DNA of 58,453 nucleotides, the filler included, from Sphacelaria rigidula (taxonomy: Eukaryota), in the NCBI GenBank assembly GCA_964200075.2. It is 9 parts of 9 records of this genome, joined end to end, with 100 filler letters (N's around TTAATTAATTAA, not from the genome) between each part and the next. Parts side by side here need not be neighbours in the genome. Positions count along the whole stretch, not along the records: positions 26,026 to 32,431 come from CAXNAA020020266.1; positions 32,532 to 38,937 come from CAXNAA020020267.1; 7 more parts are not named here. One strand, written 5' to 3'. Below the pieces are notes generated by a model that ran no database searches, had not been told where the DNA came from, and saw nothing but the letters and a program-made list of their open reading frames with translations. The translations under genes were made by a program, and so were the position numbers. Shown piece by piece: positions 26,026-37,269 of this stretch. The first letter of the stretch is position 1; the number at the start of each line of letters is the position of its first letter.

Positions 26026-26029
26026 CCAC

Positions 26030-27100
26030 ACATGGATCAAATAGCAGTTCGGCCGCTAGCATCCTGGTTGCATAAAACAGTACACTTTTACTTTTACATG
26101 CCGTGCCAACTTGTGTACACCCGTATGGATTTCGCCTGGCCAGCAATTCCGAGCAACGACCAGCTCCCATATGAATGATACAATGCACTCTTCTTTTAGC
26201 ATGCTGTGCACATGCACCGCATCTCGCACATAATATCAGCTCTATCAGCCATCAAATATGGCTCATATGCGTTTTGCTGATCTGTAGCACAGGAATTTTA
26301 CGTGCCCACAATCACTCTTCCGAAATTCTCATGATCAGGTCAAGCGGCTAGTATTGCGCTACTCAGTCCTTGCTCCTACCATAACAACAAAGTCTTATCA
26401 ACCAATCCAGTCAAGAAACCGATGCCTCGCGAATCCTGCACCTCTTGAATAATAACAACTTTTTTACTTAGATGTCGAGTTTCGGAACCCACCTCAAATT
26501 TGTGGTCTCAACCATCGTTCATCCATCTGTATACCCCTCTGCGGAACTCTTTACCGACATCACCCTCTAGTCTAGTCAGACCATGGTGCCCCATGTGCCT
26601 ATACTCACCAAGGCGACGAACAAGGTTCCACCTCAACCGATCGAGTAAGTATGCGGTGCCCCGCAGCCCTGCGCTCATCGGGGTGGCAAAAATGTTACAC
26701 ATAAGCGTTGAGTTTCGGCATACATGTAAAAATATGTCCTCAAAACTCTTCACGCAACTCCATTCTGTGCAATTTCACCGACACCGTTCCACAGTCAAGT
26801 CGAGACGCGGTGCTCCGCTCTTCTCACACTTACAAAAAACGGTAGACGATCCTCTATTCATCAATCGAGTCAAACAAGCGCGCAAATCAAGTCCACACTC
26901 ATCGAGACAGATATATTCGTCAAACATCAACACTGAGTTTCGGTCTCCATATCAAAAATATGGTCTCAATATCGTCCAGAGATGTCCAACATCTCGATCC
27001 ACCTGGGCATCAACCTTTCCTTGGGTATAAGAATCGTCATCTGCATGGCCACGAACACTCAAAAACATGGAACACCAAAGGGGTATTTGAGTCCTTCCTA
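26030..27100 (-). mobile_element. Highly degenerate Ty1/copia pol relic (RT and RNase H)
   Basis: Frameshifted fragments SYTQGKVD, DIETIFL/YGD..EYI, and NP...T/HVKVK resemble copia GYTQ.EGVD, D(V/I).TAFL.G....IY and NP..H..TKHI motifs, in the expected order. Confidence 0.45.
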
Positions 27101-27244
27101 GGTTTCATGCCGTCATCTGAAACGCTCCCCCGCCCGCGTCACAACATACTGAAGAATTGCTATTACTCGACGACCCTACTGCCATCACTGTATCTTCCTT
27201 TTCTCCACTAGTACAATCCTGCACACCTCGGATAACGTAGTATG

Positions 27245-28607
27245 ACATGTTACCTATGTTACGTTATTTGGCTAGGTTGGCGGGTATTGTAACACGAGAA
27301 ACATATACTACGACGAGTTCTACTGGTTTCATGTTAATGGGTAACTTATGTTACAGCCGACACTCACCGCTCTAATGACAGTGTAGTATGGTGTTGGATA
27401 TAGAACCCTGACGGCTGTTGTACGATAATATTGTGTTACTCTGCCAGTCCGCAGGTAGCTGTAACACAAAAACATACTAGTACGGTTGGGTTCCACAAAA
27501 GCAGGAACATAAGAACACACTAGTACGGGTCGGCTGTACAAGAACACAAACGTGAGCACATAGTCCCATCGTTGACGTCCACAAAAACAGCAACATAAAA
27601 CCACACTCGTACGGTTCGGCTCTACAAAAACACAACCATGATCACATAGTCCCATAGTTGGTATCCACGAAACAGGAACAGAAAGACACACTCCTACTGT
27701 TGGGCTCTACAAAAACACAAGCACAGTAACTTTGCAGTAGCTGGCGGGTCGGCAGTGACGTACAAGTTGATAACGCTATGTCCACACGTTGGTCACACAG
27801 AATGTTGCGGAGTCTCGATGATTGGGTACTAAAATATAACACATTTCGGACCTCTTCTGCTTTAGGGTCGGATAACGTAGCATTTAACAGAAATTACTGT
27901 GTCACAGGCCTTGCTGGACCTGAGCCCTAACTCACGTTACTGCAGTTATGAGTGGGCTGCCAATTTGTTCAGCACATGCTAGGTCGCTTATTGTTTCAAC
28001 TGTAAACGGTCAAATTTTTGGCGGTCGATTGACCGCTTGTCGGTTATCCCATATAACACTGTGTTCCTATCTTGAGACCTGACCCGTTGGGCACATGAAC
28101 ATCCTACTTTCGTATGGTTGGTAATATACTGTTCGAGATGGTATTATGTTACTTTGTTCCGCCGTGGTCCGTGGGGTATACCAACGTTGTACTAGTTGAA
28201 CTGGGGTACTTTGATAACCCCTTATGGTATAGTGCTCCTGTTTGTTGAGCCGTTGTCCTTTCGGTATATATGTGGCTTCTTTGATCCATCGCTTGCCGGC
28301 TATCCAATATATCACTGTGTTTTGTGTTCCTGTTTTTGTGGAGACCAACAATAGGACTGTGTGCTCATGCTTGTGTTTTGTAGATCCGAACCGTACGAGT
28401 GTGTTTTTGTGTAACAGCCATGTGCGGACAGCTAGAGTAGGCCAATGTTATCGTACAACTGCCGTGAAGATTCTATTAGAGCAGGCAGTGTCGGCTGTAC
28501 CATAAGTTACACAATAACATAGCACCGGCAGACCTCGTCATAGTATATGTTTTTTGTGATGCAATACCCGTCAACCTAGCCAAATCACGTGACATAGAAT
28601 ATTCATG
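27245..28607. mobile_element. Foldback-like element with modular inverted arms
   Basis: 27255-27720 is inversely similar to 28315-28600 (e.g. ATTTGGCTAGGTTG / CAACCTAGCCAAAT); internal subrepeats TAGTACGGTT..G.TC.ACAAAA. Confidence 0.65.
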
Positions 28608-29931
28608 CACGCTATTTTCGTTCTGAAAAAAGGCGGGGAAGCATGTAACATGACTGAATACTGGTACATCACTACTGCTTGCTACGGTCGCTTCTTATGG
28701 CAAACAAAAATTCAAATCTGGAAAAGAAGCCCTTTTGGATCTTCCGCGTCGTTTTACGCTCTGTCATTTTTGTGGGCTATAGACTGGTCTCCGAGAAAAA
28801 TCAGGGGTCTCCGAAAAAAATGCGTGCTTCGCCAAAACAATAACTGCGCAAAAGTAGCGCTTTGGCTTGTCAGACCCCGCTGTCACACATATTTCGTTCT
28901 TGGACAAGGAATCTGAGAGTTCTCTCCGATTTGTATTTGTGTATTGTGGTAGCACGTGAGCTGTCCGACGTGTGCAAGGTTGAAAAGAGTAGCAGTTTTT
29001 TGCAGATTTGAATTTTTGGCTTCCGTAGGAAGCGCCTACGAGGAGGACAATCGTGTAAACAAGACAGCATCCATCGACCCCTACGCAATCACAACAACCA
29101 CAATCGACATCGCAGCTCGTGACGCTCAGCAAGTGAGAAACCTCATCATGCCTGATGATACCAGTAGTGCTGATGCGACGGAGGCTTCATCACCACCCGC
29201 CGCTGCGGGGGCAGCCGCCGCACCCATTATTGTTCCCGACGGCAATGCCGCCGCCTCGGGTGGGGGGAGCGACGACCACGCTCTGGTGAACACGACAGTA
29301 TCATCCAGTAGCTACAGTGTGTCTGCAATCCAGGACGCTCAAAAGGCGTTCGAGTGCCCGGAAGGGTACAAGCTGTACATCATCGCCACTAAAGAAAAAA
29401 AAGATCACCCATGTATGCCAATGGGGTGCGCGTGGTGGCTACAGGGAACTTTGATCCCAAGAAACCTATCCCCCACCGGTGGTACTGCATGGCCAGCAAG
29501 AGGTGCCGAGATCGTAAGGCGTGCATCAAAATCAACGCCAAGAACACAACGGCGGCGACGTATCATCTGTCTAGCGTTCACGGGATCATGTCGAGCAGAG
29601 GACAGGACGTCATACAAAAGTGAGAAATGCGGGTACTATCCGTAGCCCACGCCCGTTTCAACTAGGGGAAAGGCCTGTTGAATTAATTTTTGATGCAGTA
29701 CTATTCCAGGCTTTTTGTTTCATTCAATTTTGTATTCATTGTAAGTTGATATTTTTGTAACATTATCCAATTTGAGTTTTTACTGTAGGGATCAATTATT
29801 TTAGACTGAACAGAATTTTGTAATTCCATCTAATTTGATTGCTATTTCCTCTCGTAGATATGCCTGTACAATGATACTGTTGGTTTAACTTTGTTTTACT
29901 TCATTTTTTATGAAGTGGATTGGCAATGTTA

Positions 29932-30540
29932 GGCCGGATGTTATGGCAAACAGATTTTTGGCCCACGGATTGTTCACTTTCATGACGTTTGACCCACCTT
30001 TTGTCCCCCAAGCCGAGAAGACCGCCAACACACGTCTCGGACACTTTGCATCACCCCTTAGAGAGGAGCCTAGTCTGCTTTTCAGGTTCGCTTGGCTCCG
30101 AGGTTCAAAATTAGCCGCGGAACAAAAATCTGCGCGAAAAAATCTGTGCCTGCCGACCCCCGCCAGTTTGGCTTTACAGATTTTTTCGCGCAGATTTTTG
30201 TTCCGCGGCCAATTTTGAACCTCGGAGCCAAGCGAACCTGAAAAACAGACTAGGCTCCTCTGTGGGGTGTGACGGTTTAAGAGACTACCAACTAGACTAC
30301 TCACCAGTCAGCGCGACTAACTTTTGTGACGGTTTAAGAGACTGCCAACTAGACTACTGATCAGTCAGCGCTGACTGGTCAGTAGTCTAGTTGGTAGTCT
30401 CTTAAACCGTCACAGGGGTAATGCAAAGTGTCCGAGACGTGTGTTAGGGGTTTTCTCGGCTTGGGGGACAAAAGGTGGGTCAAACGTCATGAAAGTGAAC
30501 AATCCGTGGGCCAAAAATCTATTTGCCATAACATCCGGCC
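29932..30540. mobile_element. Tourist-like (PIF/Harbinger) MITE, near-complete palindrome
   Basis: TIR GGCCGGATGTTATGGCAAA... / ...TTTGCCATAACATCCGGCC; TTA on both sides (29929-29931, 30541-30543). Confidence 0.85.
30268..30414. mobile_element. Ginger-like mini-element (TGT...ACA ends, 4-bp TSD) nested in the Tourist MITE
   Basis: TIR TGTGACGGTTTAAGAGACTACCAACTAGACTAC; GGGG at 30264-30267 and 30415-30418; left TIR duplicated internally at ~30325. Superfamily inferred from termini only. Confidence 0.7.
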
Positions 30541-30543
30541 TTA

Positions 30544-30951
30544 GACCAACCCCTGTGCCGTTCAATCTTTTGCGCTCAACATTTCACTTTGGGACGTTTG
30601 ATCCCGTTTTTGACCCCCAAACACGGGAAATTGCCAACAGGCGTCTTGGACACTTTGCATAACCTCAAGGAGAGGAGTCTAGCCCATTTTTCCGATCGCT
30701 TGACTCCGAGGTTTTGAGATTGACCCCAGGCAAAAAAATGGAGGGCCCGTTGATATTTTTTGCCTGGGGCGATTCTCGACACCTCGGAGTCAAGCGAGTC
30801 GGAAAAATAGGCTAGACTCCTCTCCGTGAGGTGATGCACAGTGTCCAAGACGCCTGTTGGCAATTTCCCCTGTTTGGTTGTCAAAACTGGATGAAACGCC
30901 TCAAAAGTGGAATTTTGAGCGCAAAACATTTGAACGGCATGAGAGTTGATC
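30544..30951. mobile_element. Second, related Tourist-like palindromic MITE
   Basis: GACCAACCCCTGTGCCGTTC... / ...GAACGGCATGAGAGTTGATC; TTA at 30541-30543 and 30952-30954; shares internal GACACTTTGCAT..GAGAGGAG.CTAG motifs with the neighbour. Confidence 0.8.
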
Positions 30952-32431
30952 TTAGTTTTTTATACCGTATATTCACATACTTCGAAGTATCTCTTTTATA
31001 TTTCAAATGGCAACAAATGTCATGTTTTTATACTTATTTTAAGGTAGATCATCATCGTATTGTCAGTCAAGTCATGGCCAACTCGAAGCAGTTGTTTCAA
31101 CACGCATGTATTTGAACTGCTGTACCTTGAACTGGTTGAATCATGTGTTCTATTTGATATCTGTCGCAGGAGGAAGGACAAAACGACGGCTTTGGAGGCA
31201 GTTCTAGAGAGCAAGCTCTACAAAGACGACCCCGTCAGGTACATGACGTTGATGTACGTGAAGAACCTAGTCGTGGAGCTGAACCTCCCCTTCTCGGCAT
31301 TCGACGGCGAAAAGCAACAACTGTGGGTACAGGTGGTTGGCAGCAAGGACGACGCCCACACACCGAGCTTGGGACCGAAGATGGGGTCGAAACAGGTACT
31401 TACGGGGAGCTAGTTGTTGATTCGGTGACGAGCAGTAATATGAAAGCCGTTGATATTACGGTGTACTTACATGTACCGTTCGCAACTTGTACGTGTGGCT
31501 GTTGTTTGTAGTCTCCTTATGGGATGTTTTTCTCGCACGGTTGTTCTATTGCAACATGATGTTGTCCTCACCAGGCAAATAAGTGTATAGTTGCAGACAA
31601 GAGGGTCTCGATTTTTTTCCTAACCCCGCCCCCCCTCCCATTTCAGCGTGCACATGACCTCCCCCCAGATATTTTGTTGGGGTTCCACACAAGCACGCAC
31701 CGCGAGCACGTGCTGAGCAGCGCCCCCAGCCCCCCCCCCCGTCTCTTTCTAGTTACCCGTGGGGGGGGTCCCATAAAAAACCCCCCCATGCCCCGCCCCC
31801 TGGGTCGCTCTACGCAGAAAACGGCGAGTAATGGGGGTTGCTATAATTCGATTCTATAAATGTTTGTATTCCGGTTGGATGGTCCCGTCTCAGGCATATA
31901 GTGGCAGTAGGAGATTCATATATATATCACTCCACAGCAGTACATTATGGCATAGATGACTGCAGCAGGCAGTGTTGTCCAGGTGTTTTTGACAGTGAAG
32001 ACGTACTAAAAGTAGCACCGCTGACAGTACCATGCCACGGCTCGGCCGTGCGAGAATCACACTCCTCCATTTTGGGTATAAATGCAAAAACTCACCTGCT
32101 ATTGTTAATCCTGCTGCTTGTGCAATTCTGATGGCATCTTCGCCCAAAAATTGTTCGCTACGTTCCGCAGGTCAAACGGACGGTGGTTGAGCTATACGAC
32201 GCGACGATGGACGTGCGCAAGACCAGGATGGAGAAGATTTAAGAGGCATCCCCGCTTCCCTGGCTACACATGGACGTGGACTTGTGGACATCGCGCACCT
32301 CCAAAGACAAGTACATAGGTAACGGCATTACCTCGTGTTTTCTTCGCGTGGAGATTCAGTCATATTTTCTGTCACCTTTAAATGCCCTCCGCCGTCCCTC
32401 CCCCTCCGATAGCTCACCCCCCGCTCCCCAC

Positions 32432-32531
32432 NNNNNNNNNNNNNNNNNNNNNNNNNNNNNNNNNNNNNNNNNNNNTTAATTAATTAANNNNNNNNNNNNN
32501 NNNNNNNNNNNNNNNNNNNNNNNNNNNNNNN
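32432..32531. other. Artificial contig spacer
   Basis: 44N-TTAATTAATTAA-44N. Confidence 0.98.
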
Positions 32532-32699
32532 GGATGCAGCTCACCCTTCATGCGACTCGCCGAACACACCACGGCGCTTTGCGCTTGGTGACTGAGTGCG
32601 AGCGTGGTCCGGCGAAAACCCGGCGTGGTCCGTCCCGGCTTTGTAGGGATGCGAGGTCGATAGCCTTATTATGACTATGGCATGCATGATCATGAGTAC
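32532..32699 (-). mobile_element. 5' part of the G-tract-bounded repeat, truncated by contig edge
   Basis: GGCGAAAACCCGGCGTG...TTGTAGGGATGCGAGG...CATGATCATGAGTAC followed by a C-run. Confidence 0.75.
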
Positions 32700-33440
32700 G
32701 CCCCACCCCCCCAGTCCCCCTTAGCAAGGCAAGAGTGAAAGAAGAGAACACACCTTCCGTTGATGTGCGGAAGAACTCGGAGCAAAAACAAGTGCTTGCG
32801 CTTTTGTCAATGAGGCGATTCTGTACAAATATACCACGTAGTGGTGAATTTAGGGGGCGAAAACCACAAAGCTGAATCACTTCTAACCAGATCCCCCCGG
32901 CATGCATTTTCAAGACCACATCTTATGGGCATGTGCATGATGCTTTTAAAAACTCTACGCGGCCGATATTGGCGATTTCCCGTGCCCTCGCATGCCATAG
33001 CCGATATCTTCACAGCCAATACTCTTCACACATGGAGATGAATGGAGTTAGCTCTCGTGCATGATGTATTAGCATTACCTGGAGCAACCCACCGAGCCTC
33101 ACGTGGACCGCGGCTGTCATTATGCTTCCGGCAATTTTAAATACATTGTTCTACTTTGCATCGCGCTTCCAATTTTTTTTTACTTTGTTATGGTGGAAAA
33201 GGAGAATAATCGGCATACAAGTACAAGCATGGAAAGAAACACTTGAAATTCATGAAATATAAACCCACTAAAGCTCTCGCATCTCGCACGCGTGAATAAC
33301 ATACATTCTATATGCATCATACGAGCTGGGATCGGGCGGTGTTTTAACGAAACAAGGAAAATGATAATCATCTCGTGATAGTGATGGTGAAGTGACGGTT
33401 CACGACTTCAGTATCGCTAGAAATTACGCGCCGTTCTTAT

Positions 33441-35040
33441 CTAGCAAGCTAGGGTGGGTAACAAGGGATACCGAGACGGTAAAACAGTACGCAAACAAAC
33501 CAGCGACTTCAAGCAGGGAGGAGGCAATAACGCGCGAGGTGCATGGGCATTGTCGCAGGGCGAAACGCGGACCGCCTTCCGCACGAGAAGAAGAAGCAAT
33601 AGCAGCAGTATCAGCAGCATCTTTACTGCCAATAAATGTATGCGGCTGGAGGTGGGCCTGAATCAGCCTGTGCCAATACTGCTGCTGCTGCTGCTGCTGC
33701 TGCCGTTTTTCTTCATAGGAGAGACGGTCCGCGTTTCAATCGTGCTACAACGTCAACGCACCTTGCGCGTGATAGCCACGTGCTGGAAGGCGCTGGTCCG
33801 TACTACTCGCTGATGAGTCCATGCTTCCCCACAACGCTAATTGCTGGGATATGTAGCTGTGCGCATCTCTCTGTACGAGCTGTATACGTCGGGTGTGTCT
33901 CGCACGCGTTGTTACTACTAGTGATAGGAATAAAGCCAGCGTCCAAAACAGGGGGAAACAAGTGATACGTACTGTACTCATACTGAAAATGCTATGTGGG
34001 TAACAACACGTAAACAGATCATAGTCGACTTCAAGTAGGGAGGAGGCAATAACGCGCCAGGTGCATGGGTATTGTTGTACGTCAAAACGCGGACCGCCTT
34101 CCGCATGAGAAGCAGCAGCAGTAGCAATAGCAGTAGCAGCAGCAGCAGCAGCAGCGGCAACAGCGGCAATATCAGCAGCAATATCAGCAGCATATTTATT
34201 GCCAGTAAATGTGCGCGACTGGGGGTAGGTCTGAATCAGCCGGTGTCGATGCTGCTGCTGCTGCTGCTCTTCATCATAGACGGTCCGCGTTTCGACCGTG
34301 CAACAACACCCACGCACCTTGCGAGTGATAGCCACCGTGCTGGAAGGCGCCGGTCCGTATAACCCGCCGATGGGTCCATGCTTGCTTACTTGGCTAAGCG
34401 CTGGGAGACATAGCCGTGCGCATTTCTCTGTGGGAGATGTGCACGTCGGTGTGTTTCCCACGCGTGGCTACTGCTGGTGATAGGAAAGCCAGCGTCGAAT
34501 ACAGGGGAAAACAAGTGATACGTACCCGTACTGAAAATGCTACAGTATACTGATACTTTATTATGAGGGTGACTAGACGCAAACAGATCATAGTCGATTT
34601 CAAGCAGGGAGGAAGCAATAACGCACGAGGTGCATGCGCATTGTCGTACGTCGAAACGCAGACCGCCTCCCGCACAAGGAGAACAAGAAGCAGCAGCAGC
34701 ATCTTTATTGCCAGTACATGTGTACGGTTGCGGGTGGGTCTGAATTAGCCGGTGCCGATGCTGCTGCTGCTGCTGCTGCTCTTCATCGTAGACGGTCCGC
34801 GTTTCGACCGTGCGACAACACCCACGCACCTTGCGAGTGATAGCCATCGTGCTGGACAGCGTTGGTACGTACTACCCGCCGATGGGTCCATGCTTGCTTA
34901 CTCGACGAAGTTCTGGGAGATATAGCTATGCGCATCTCTGTGTGGGAGATGTGCACGTGGAGTGTGTCTCCCACGCGTGGCTACTGCTGGTGATAGCATT
35001 GAACCCAGCATGGCTACTGCTAGTGACGGGATGCCAACCG
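33441..35040. repeat. Tandem array of three ~520-570-bp units, each with an arm-(CAG)n-loop-(CTG)n-arm hairpin
   Basis: Unit marker GA(C/T)TTCAAG at 33505, 34027, 34596; arm GGCAATAACGCGCGAGGTGCATGGG...GAAACGCGGACCG is inverted after the CTG tract; related pieces at 1-320 and 36161-36420. Confidence 0.85.
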
Positions 35041-35608
35041 TCTGTCCCATGAAGTTCTAAAACCACCGTCGGACTTTTGTGTTGTGTACGCAGTACACTT
35101 CTATTCATGTAGTCTATCGTCAGTTCTGACATGTTCCAATAACACTCTTGGACTTCTGTATTGTGTTCAGTGTAATACTCTGTATTATTTATGATACTGT
35201 AAAAAACGAAGTTTTCTGTCACAGATTTTCTGTCACAAGAAATGAATGTGACATGAGGAAAGGCCCAAGACAACACCCTTTTTCATTCGGAAAATTGAAA
35301 AAGCAAGTTGTAATACCCTTCGTGCTGCGATTGAGTATTTCAAGGTTGTGTTCTGTAAGGTACGGGTACGTTATATAGGGTACGAGATTCCTTACAGAAC
35401 TTACAGAAATATCGAGTACCGGTATAAAGGTCTTATAGAGTTTACAGAACTGTCAGGTACCGATATGAAAGTCTTACAGATGTTACATAACTTGTCGGGT
35501 ACGGCATGGGAGGCTCACAGAAACCGGTACCCGCAATCGGGTAACTCGTTTATGGTATACCCGCCCCTCGGGTACGGGTAAAGGCTTTGTACAGAACTCA
35601 CAGGACTA

Positions 35609-35861
35609 GAGTGATGCCACGATAGGGGTTGCACTTTTTGTTTCTGGGTCTCGTTTTTGTAGGAGCCCAAATATATGGGGCTTACTGTGCAACCCGAATC
35701 TCCGGGGACAGGTCATGGAGATGCACACAGGGGCCTTTTCATGAATCGGCATCATTTTCAGTCTTTTAAAAGTGAAAATGATGCCGATTCTCAAAATTAT
35801 CCGTGCAACACCCCGAGGAACATTTTCGCTCAAAAAGTGCAACCCTATCGTAGCATCACTC
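35609..35861. mobile_element. Sola-like MITE (GAG...CTC ends, ~30-bp TIR)
   Basis: TIR GAGTGATGCCACGATAGGGGTTGCACTTTTTG / CAAAAAGTGCAACCCTATCGTAGCATCACTC; flanks ACTA/ACCA (imperfect 4-bp TSD). Confidence 0.7.
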
Positions 35862-36870
35862 ACCATCGGGTAAGGGTATGAGGGGTTTCCAAAACTCACA
35901 GAACGGTCGGGTATGGCATGGAGGTTACACAGAAAACCGTACCCGCAATCGGGCATCTGGCATCCAGAGCGTCCCCGTCCCTCCCGGTAACGGCACGGGA
36001 GGAGAACAGAATTCACAGAACTATCGGGTACAGGTATGGCAATCTTACAGAGTTTACCAACTAGATTGCTCTGCTTTGCATCGCGCTTCCGATTTTTGTT
36101 TTTCGTCTGCTTTCTCATGATGAGAAATGAGCATAATAAGAAATCATGCGCCATTTTAATCTAGCAAGCTAGGGTGAGAAACAAGTGATACCGAGACGGT
36201 AAAATAGCACGCGAACAGACCAGCGACTTCAAGGAGGGTGGCAGTCTCGCGCAAAGGGGTATGGGTATTGTCGCAAGTCGAAACGCGGACCACCTTCCGC
36301 ACGACAAGGAGAAGAAGCAATATAGGGGAAAGCAATTGATACGTACTGTTGTACTCGTATTGAACATTATATGTAAGACAGCGTCCAGTACAGGGGAAAA
36401 TAATTGATACACGGCTTTCACAGTTTCGCTACGCTGTAGACTGTACAGGTTGACTCACAGCACAAGAGCTGGTGCAGGAATTTTGCAGGGTGCTCACAGG
36501 AACGGGGTCCTTTGCACAGATGCCACCCAAAAATTACAATCCTGTGCAGGTTTGCCAAGAGGAGCACCCAGGGCTAAAATGCCTGCCACAAGGCTACGAT
36601 TGGCCTGTCACAGTGCAAGGCTATGCAGCAAGGCTCTGCAGTTCACCCACAGGGAAGACCTTTGCCTACATGCGCAGGGCTCCAGTGCAGAAGCCGAGGC
36701 GTCTATTATAGAGCGATTGTAGTACGTGCACTGCCTTACATCTGATAGCGACACGTTTTCTGTTGTTTTTGACACGCACGCGGCCGCCATTTGTCCAATA
36801 CAGAACAGATTTCCGTCAAATAAAGACTGCCGTGTGTAGATTAGCAAGGACTGGCAGTAATACTAATGCG

Positions 36871-37269
36871 GAGTGATGCTACGGTAGGGTTGCACTTTTT
36901 GAGCGGAAAGGTTCCTCGGGGTGTTGCATGGATCATTTCAAGAATCGGCATCATCATTTTCACTTAACCCTTTGGGAACTAGACCCCCAGGGAGTGCTGA
37001 TTTTTGTTTTGGTGAATCGGCATCATTTTCAGTCATTTTCGAGTCAAAATGATGCCGATTCACAAAGATTCACAAAAGAAGAATCAGCACTTGAGTTCCC
37101 AAAGGGTTAAAAAACACTGAAAATGATGCCGATTCGCGAAAAGGCCCCCGTGTGCATCTCCATGTCCTGTCCGCGGAGATTTGGGTTGCACAGTAAGCCC
37201 CATATATTTGGGCTCCTACAAAAACGAGACCCAGAAACAAAAAGTGCAACCCCTATCGTAGCATTGCTC
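36871..37269. mobile_element. Second Sola-like MITE copy, opposite orientation, TGCG TSD
   Basis: Reverse complement of 35609-35861; TGCG at 36867-36870 and 37270-37273. Confidence 0.78.
36968..37106. mobile_element. piggyBac-like mini-element (139 bp) nested in the Sola-like MITE
   Basis: TTAA-CCCTTTGGGAACT ... AGTTCCCAAAGGG-TTAA; absent from the sister copy at 35609-35861. Confidence 0.85.

Larger units (their letters stand above)
29148..32318 (+). pseudogene. Intron-containing hAT-superfamily transposase pseudogene (BED finger, hAT DNA-binding region, first catalytic DxWT motif); exons ~29148-29619, 31170-31395, 32171-32318
   Basis: Exon 1 ends with WYCMASKRC...NTTAATYHLSSVHGI (BED-type C2H2); exon 2 has VVELNLPFSAFDGE (hAT xxPFSxV motif); exon 3 has LHMDVDLWTSRTSKDKYIG (DxWT). 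Splice phases compatible. Disabled by a -1 frameshift in the A-run at ~29395-29402 and an in-frame TAA at 32240-32242. Confidence 0.8.

Noticed and set aside
33805..33860. CTGATGAG as a hammerhead ribozyme core
   Set aside because: Sister units read CCGATGGG and no suitably placed GAAA or stems follow.
33392..34974. Poly-Q/A/L/S ORFs
   Set aside because: Translations of CAG/CTG tracts in a non-coding tandem repeat; frames not conserved between units.
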